A program made the translations under genes and the position numbers. The notes below the pieces were generated by a model. That model worked only from the letters and a program-made list of their open reading frames with translations, did not search any database and was not told the DNA's origin. DNA of 64,000 nucleotides from Alphaproteobacteria bacterium (GTDB lineage Bacteria; Pseudomonadota; Alphaproteobacteria; UBA9219): the NCBI GenBank assembly GCA_041908065.1, contig JAYRGC010000039.1:2481-66480 (forward strand), written 5' to 3'. This document shows, piece after piece, positions 59,140 to 64,000 of the stretch; the first letter of the stretch is position 1, and every line of letters starts with the position of its first letter.

Positions 59140-59598
59140 GTGTTTTCCGCCATGTCCACTGAAACAGCCGCAATTTCGCTCACGGATGACGGAACAGTCG
59201 AAAGCCGCTTTCGCAGGCTGGTCGACGACGGAGACTTGTTTTTCCGCAATATCGCGCCGCCGTCACGCAGCAACGTGCATTTTCAGGTGGACGGAGTGCC
59301 GTTCAACGCCAGCCACAGCGACAACAAAGACGGGATCAAGTTGACCATATGGGCGACCTTCGGCCCCCTTCCTTTCAGCGCGGAGTCCGTCGAAAAACGC
59401 CGAACCCTCATAGCCGTGATGGATTCGACTCGCCATCTAAAGGCGGTGAAGTTCGGCGTCGACGAAAGAAACATGATGATGGCCAAGGCCGAGTTTCAGG
59501 TGTCAGACATAGAGCCGCCGGATTTTATATTCGTCTCGCTGATCCGTTTTATTCAGGAAGCGCGGCCATATATTCGCCTGATCGGCGAGTGCATATAG
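59140..59598 (+). CDS. hypothetical protein (possibly YbjN/T3SS-chaperone-like fold)
   Basis: About 150 aa acidic cytoplasmic protein. It is the first gene of a three-gene string with GT2 and PBP1A. Confidence 0.35.
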   Translation: MFSAMSTETAAISLTDDGTVESRFRRLVDDGDLFFRNIAPPSRSNVHFQVDGVPFNASHSDNKDGIKLTIWATFGPLPFSAESVEKRRTLIAVMDSTRHLKAVKFGVDERNMMMAKAEFQVSDIEPPDFIFVSLIRFIQEARPYIRLIGECI

Positions 59599-59599
59599 G

Positions 59600-60373
59600 T
59601 TGGGAATGAACGCGCCGCCGCTGCTTTCCGTAGTTATTCCCTTGCGCGACGAGGCCGGAAACATAGCCCCTTTGTTGCGGGAGATATGCTCGACGCTTTC
59701 GGTTTATCCCCGCGTGGGAGATGGTTTCGAGATAGTTTGCGTCAACGACGGCAGCGTAGACGGAACCGAGGCGGAGGTGGCCGCCTTCAGAGAATCCAAC
59801 CCCGCGATTGCCCTGAAAATCATCCGCCACGGACGCTCGCAGGGCATGAGCGTCGCCATCCGCAACGCCGTTCGCCGCGCTCGCGCCGATTGGATATTCA
59901 CCATCGACGGGGACGGCCAGAACGATCCGGCGGATATTCCTCGCCTATGCGATCTTGCATGGGTGTCGCCCGCGGGGGACGAGAACAGGGGGGGCAAGGT
60001 TCTCGTGGCAGGAATCCGCGCCCATCGCCGCGACACTTTGCCCAAGCGTTTGGCCAGCCGCGTCGCCAACGCCGTCCGCCGTATGATTTTGCGCGACGAT
60101 TGCCCCGACACCGGATGCGCGATGAAGCTGTTTCGTCGTGACGGCTATTTGGATATGCCTTTTTTCAACGGGTTGCACCGGTTTATGCCCGCCTTGTTCC
60201 GTCATTACGGCCATCAGGTTTGGTTCGCTCCGGTCAACGATCGTCCGCGATTGCGTGGTATTTCTAAATCGGATTTCGCCGGACGGGCGGTTCGGGGAGC
60301 GTTTGATATTCTAGGGGTGACATGGCTTATGTGGCGCACGCCATCGCCGCCGGACGAAGGAGAGGAAACATGA
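59600..60373 (+). CDS. family 2 glycosyltransferase, polyprenyl-phosphate sugar transferase-like (DPM1/ArnC-like)
   Basis: LSVVIPLRDEAGNI...VCVNDGSVDGT...DGDGQNDPADIP (DxD) motifs. Confidence 0.7.
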   Translation: MGMNAPPLLSVVIPLRDEAGNIAPLLREICSTLSVYPRVGDGFEIVCVNDGSVDGTEAEVAAFRESNPAIALKIIRHGRSQGMSVAIRNAVRRARADWIFTIDGDGQNDPADIPRLCDLAWVSPAGDENRGGKVLVAGIRAHRRDTLPKRLASRVANAVRRMILRDDCPDTGCAMKLFRRDGYLDMPFFNGLHRFMPALFRHYGHQVWFAPVNDRPRLRGISKSDFAGRAVRGAFDILGVTWLMWRTPSPPDEGEET

Positions 60374-62889
60374 AATTTCTCTCCGGACTGCTTTCGCTCG
60401 CCATGCTGGGGTTGTTGGCCGTGGCGTTGGCCGCATTGGCCGCGCTGGAGCATTACGGCAATGATTTGCCGGATTATTCGTATCTCAAGGACTATCAGCC
60501 GCCGACACTCAGCCGCATTTATTCCGACGACGGGCGCATGATGGCCACCATCGCCGCCGAGCAACGGATGTTCGTTCCTATCGAGGCGATGCCCAAGATG
60601 ATAGCTGGCGCGTTTCTGTCGGCGGAGGATCAGAACTTTTACCAACACGGCGGCGTGGATTTTTCCGGCATCGCCCGCGCCGCGCTCACCAATATCCAGA
60701 ACGTCGGGCGTGACCGCCGGCCTATGGGGGCTTCGACCATCACCCAGCAAGTGGCCAAGAACATGCTGCTGAGCAACGAGGTGTCGGTGGCGCGCAAGAT
60801 TCGCGAGATGATACTGTCGACGCGCATCGAAAAGGCTTTGGGGAAGGAGCGGATACTCGAGATTTATTTGAACGAGATATTCTTGGGCAATCGCTCTTAT
60901 GGCGTGGCCGCCGCCGCGCTCAATTATTTCAACAAGTCGTTGGACGAGCTTACGGTGGCCGAGGCCGCGTATCTGGCGGCGTTGCCCAAGGCCCCCAACA
61001 ACTACCATCCGACGCGCGACCACGACGCAGCGGTGGCTCGGCGCGATTGGGTCATCGGGCGGATGCAGGAGGATGGGCGCATCAGCGTCGAGCAAGCCTC
61101 GGCGGCGAAGGCCGAGCCTTTGGCGGCGCGTTCCCGCGACGAGGCGGGGACGGTGACAGCCGAATATTTCTCCGAGGAAGTGCGGCGGCAACTAGTGGCG
61201 CAATTCGGGGAAAAGGCGGTGCTGGAGGGCGGGTTGGCGGTCAAGACCAGCCTCGATCCGCGCCTGCAGGCGATAGCGACGGCGGCCTTGCGCGAAGGGT
61301 TGGTGGATTTCGACCGCCGCCAGCGCGGATGGCGCGGGGCGGTCGCGCACATCAGCGACATGAAAAACTGGAAATCGCTATTGCGCTCGGTGGCCGTTCC
61401 CGCCGGAGGCGAGGGATGGCAACTGGCCGTGGTGGGAAGCGTGAAGGGCGGCGACGCTGCCATTGCCACCAGCGAGGGGAAGGCGGGGCGCATCCCCTTC
61501 GCCGAGCTGAAATGGGCGCGGCGCGAGCTGCCGGACGACACCTTTGGGCCTCCGGTAAGGTCGGCCTCCGACGTGCTGGCGGTGGGCGACGTGGTGCTGG
61601 TGGAGAAAGTCGCGGCGGCGGAGGACGGCAAACGCTATCCCGAAGGAACCTATACCCTGCGGCAGATTCCGGCGGTGCAGGGCGCGTTGGTGGCTTTGGA
61701 TCCCCATACCGGCCGCGTTTTCGCCATGAGCGGCGGATTCAGCCCCAAGATAAGCCAGTTTAACCGCGCCACCCAAGCCATGCGCCAACCAGGTTCCGCC
61801 TTCAAGCCGTTCGTGTATATGGCCGCGCTGGATAAGGGGTTCACCCCGTCCAGCCTGATACTCGACGCGCCGTTCGAGTATTTCCAAGGCCCGGGGCTGC
61901 CGTTGTGGAAGCCGGAGAACTATTCCCAGCAGTTTTACGGCGCGACGCCTTTGCGCGTGGGGGTGGAAAAATCCCGCAACGTGATGACGGTGCGTCTGGC
62001 CAACAGCATCGGGATGCCCGCCGTGGTCGAATACGCCAAGAAGTTCGGAATATCCGACGATATGCCCGAGCTGCTGTCCTTCTCGTTGGGGGCCAAGGAA
62101 ACGACCGTGATGCGCTTGACGGCGGCCTATGGGATGATCGTCAACGGCGGCAAAAAGATCGTGCCCAGCATAATCGATCGCGTCCAAGACCGCGCCGGAC
62201 GCACCATCTGGAGGCAGGATGGCCGCGAATGCGCCGGATGCGTGTTGCGGGAATGGATTCCCGGATCGTTGCCGCCGGAGATACCCGACATGCGCGAGGA
62301 GGTTGAGGATCCGCGCACCGCCTATCAAATGGTGTCGATATTGGAAGGCGTGGTTCAACGCGGCACGGCGGCGCGATTGAAGGCGATGGGCATTCCGGTG
62401 GCCGGAAAGACCGGAACCACCAACGACAGCCGCGACGCGTGGTTCGTGGGCTTCACGCCGGATCTGGCGTGCGGGGTGTTCGTGGGATTCGACGATCCCA
62501 AACCGTTGGGGTCGCATGAAACCGGAGCCAGCGTCGCCGTGCCGATATTTCAGAAATTCATGTCCGATGCCGTTAAGGACAAACCGGCGGTTTCTTTCCG
62601 AATGCCGTCCGGTTTGCGGATGGTGAAGGTAACTCCTGAAACCGGAGCCGTGGCGGCGGCGGGCGATCCGAACGCCATATGGGAGGCCTTCGTGCCGGAT
62701 ACCGAACCGCAGGAGGGAGAGAGTCGTCCGGTGTTGGACGGCAGCGTCACCGGCGCGGCGGCGCAAGGCGCGGCTGGAGCGTTGGGCGAACGAAAACAGG
62801 TCGACGAAGAAGATGCGGGGCAGGATACGCCGCCGCGCTCTCTTGCGCCGCAATCCCCCTCTGTCACAGGAACCGGCGGTCTTTATTAG
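60370..62889 (+). CDS. mrcA: penicillin-binding protein 1A (bifunctional transglycosylase/transpeptidase)
   Basis: GT51 motifs (EDQNFYQHGGVD, GASTITQQ), transpeptidase SxxK (SAFKPF), SxN and KTGT motifs. The start overlaps the GT2 stop (ATGA). Confidence 0.85.
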   Translation: MKFLSGLLSLAMLGLLAVALAALAALEHYGNDLPDYSYLKDYQPPTLSRIYSDDGRMMATIAAEQRMFVPIEAMPKMIAGAFLSAEDQNFYQHGGVDFSGIARAALTNIQNVGRDRRPMGASTITQQVAKNMLLSNEVSVARKIREMILSTRIEKALGKERILEIYLNEIFLGNRSYGVAAAALNYFNKSLDELTVAEAAYLAALPKAPNNYHPTRDHDAAVARRDWVIGRMQEDGRISVEQASAAKAEPLAARSRDEAGTVTAEYFSEEVRRQLVAQFGEKAVLEGGLAVKTSLDPRLQAIATAALREGLVDFDRRQRGWRGAVAHISDMKNWKSLLRSVAVPAGGEGWQLAVVGSVKGGDAAIATSEGKAGRIPFAELKWARRELPDDTFGPPVRSASDVLAVGDVVLVEKVAAAEDGKRYPEGTYTLRQIPAVQGALVALDPHTGRVFAMSGGFSPKISQFNRATQAMRQPGSAFKPFVYMAALDKGFTPSSLILDAPFEYFQGPGLPLWKPENYSQQFYGATPLRVGVEKSRNVMTVRLANSIGMPAVVEYAKKFGISDDMPELLSFSLGAKETTVMRLTAAYGMIVNGGKKIVPSIIDRVQDRAGRTIWRQDGRECAGCVLREWIPGSLPPEIPDMREEVEDPRTAYQMVSILEGVVQRGTAARLKAMGIPVAGKTGTTNDSRDAWFVGFTPDLACGVFVGFDDPKPLGSHETGASVAVPIFQKFMSDAVKDKPAVSFRMPSGLRMVKVTPETGAVAAAGDPNAIWEAFVPDTEPQEGESRPVLDGSVTGAAAQGAAGALGERKQVDEEDAGQDTPPRSLAPQSPSVTGTGGLY

Positions 62890-62904
62890 ATTTCTTGCAT
62901 AAAT

Positions 62905-63130
62905 GCCGTCATTTGCGAAGTAGACAGCCAAAGGCCGTATGCGAGCCGCCTCTTGGGTTTGGGCGTCATTGCGAGCCGCCACCCTTTGGTTTGGACAGCT
63001 TTGAACGCTGTCGGGCGGCGAAGCAATCCAGAGCCGTTGCTCTATGACTCTAGATTGCTTCGCCGCCAAGGGGCGGCTCGCAATGACAGCCTTTGGCTGT
63101 GACTTCGCGTGACAGCAGTTATGCAAGAAG
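62905..63130. repeat. family-A nested palindromic repeat, copy A8, with outer TIRs TTCTTGCATAA / TTATGCAAGAA
   Basis: Full-length element: outer TIR, gtcattgcgagccgcc arms (duplicated left arm), inner GGACAGCTTTGAACGCTGTC hairpin, and an ACAGCC-TTT-GGCTGT module. Confidence 0.85.
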
Positions 63131-63222
63131 TCCATTGAGTAGTCGTAGCGGCGTTAAGAGCCTGTCCATAATCTCGTTACTCTGCGTGGAAAAACTGCCC
63201 TGAAGACTATTCAGCCGCGCGG

Positions 63223-64000
63223 CTATTGCTGGGGTTCCCGCGCGCTGTGCGCAAGGACTTGCAGCGCGTCGGCCAATTCTGGACGTTTGCGCATGACGGC
63301 GGCCTCGCCTTCATGGATGGCCTCGTCGGTGCGGTCGAACTCCAGCAACCCTATGTGGCCAAGGCGCGGGGCGATGTGAACGTCAGGCGGGTCGCCAGCC
63401 AGACGGGCGCGGGTGATGCGGTCTTGCATGATATTCAAGGCCGAAGTCATGGTTCCGAAGATGCTGGGCGCGTCATAGCCGCGCTTGAACATAAGCCGGG
63501 CCATCTTCTCGAACATGGTTTCCTTGCCGTTTTCTTCGGTCTCGTCCATGGTTCTCAGGACGTCCATTCCGGCGGCCGTCGAGATGTTGGTGTCGTTTTG
63601 CCGCGATTTGCCGATAATGTCCGCGCTGAGGTTAACGGCTATCACCATATCCGCTCCCAAGGCGCGGCACACTGTGACAGGCAACGGGTTGACCAACGCT
63701 CCGTCGACAAGCCACCGCCCCATCATGCGGACTGGCGGGAAGATGCCGGGCAGCGAGAACGAAGCCCGCATGGCTTCCGCCAGATCGCCTTGCTGCAACC
63801 ATATCTCGTGGCCGGTGATCATGTCGGTGGTGACCGCCACATAGGGGCCGCGCAGCTCCTCTATCTTGATAGTTCCGAGGTGCTTTCGCATTTCCTCCAT
63901 CAGTCGTTCGCCGCCGATAAGCCCGCCGCTGCGTAATCGCATGTCCAGATAGCCGATGATGCGGCTGCGCGACAGCGAACGCGCCCAAGTTTCCAGATTA
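63223..64000 (-). CDS. patatin-like phospholipase (partial; N-terminus beyond window end)
   Basis: The C-terminal region has the catalytic Asp motif DGALVNPLP and a conserved patatin-like block (IAVNL...). GxSxG would lie upstream of the window edge. Confidence 0.55.
   Translation of the reverse strand, partial: NLETWARSLSRSRIIGYLDMRLRSGGLIGGERLMEEMRKHLGTIKIEELRGPYVAVTTDMITGHEIWLQQGDLAEAMRASFSLPGIFPPVRMMGRWLVDGALVNPLPVTVCRALGADMVIAVNLSADIIGKSRQNDTNISTAAGMDVLRTMDETEENGKETMFEKMARLMFKRGYDAPSIFGTMTSALNIMQDRITRARLAGDPPDVHIAPRLGHIGLLEFDRTDEAIHEGEAAVMRKRPELADALQVLAHSAREPQQ

Noticed and set aside
61378-63135. 585-aa minus-strand ORF
   Set aside because: Antisense to mrcA and extending into the A8 repeat; Arg/Gly-rich and spurious.

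Overview
This window looks like a chromosomal segment from a flagellated, hopanoid-producing alphaproteobacterium with moderately high GC. It is mostly housekeeping genes:
- A flagellar class-III-like cluster, fliL / flgF-flgG-flgA-flgH, with a sigma54-type promoter motif upstream of flgF.
- lysS, coaX-birA, and a nuoH-to-nuoN block followed by birA-coaX, the typical alphaproteobacterial synteny. The nuoA-G genes are not in the window.
- rpsB-tsf, ispH-hpnH, ssb, htrA, gpsA, pdxH, nth, ispG, mreB, plsC, a P1B-type ATPase, RNase J, alaS, psd-pssA-kdsA, a GT2-PBP1A operon, and two tRNAs (Arg-TCT, Met-CAT).

On top of this backbone there are several unusual layers:
1. At least four families of nested palindromic, MITE-like repeats:
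 - Eight copies of a roughly 100-200 bp 'gtcattgcgagc...gcaatgac' element sit at gene 3' ends.
 - A short hairpin element sits in-frame inside nuoL.
 - Composite repeats flank pagL-pdxH and nth.
2. Lower-GC insertions:
 - A DHH phosphoesterase gene flanked by a duplicated methyltransferase fragment.
 - A BASS-like transporter gene inserted antisense between nuoM and nuoN.
 - An ABC substrate-binding protein gene embedded between nuoH and nuoI.
 - Small secreted proteins and lipoproteins.
3. Orphan system-like genes:
 - An 803-aa type IV secretion coupling protein (T4CP) homolog with no T4SS neighbours.
 - A large type IV pilin with no pilus-assembly neighbours.
 - An 881-aa atypical Hsp70 paralog co-transcribed with an unknown 247-aa protein, lying next to tRNA-Arg.
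4. A 23-codon ORF with 12 Lys codons, a strong SD, a hairpin and an intrinsic terminator, sitting at the head of a same-strand gene string that ends in lysS. I flag it as a candidate Lys-tRNA-sensing leader peptide / attenuator, or alternatively a tiny lysine-rich DNA-binding peptide.

No CRISPR array, transposase or integrase was seen. All functional calls rest on motif and synteny recognition by eye; no searches were run.
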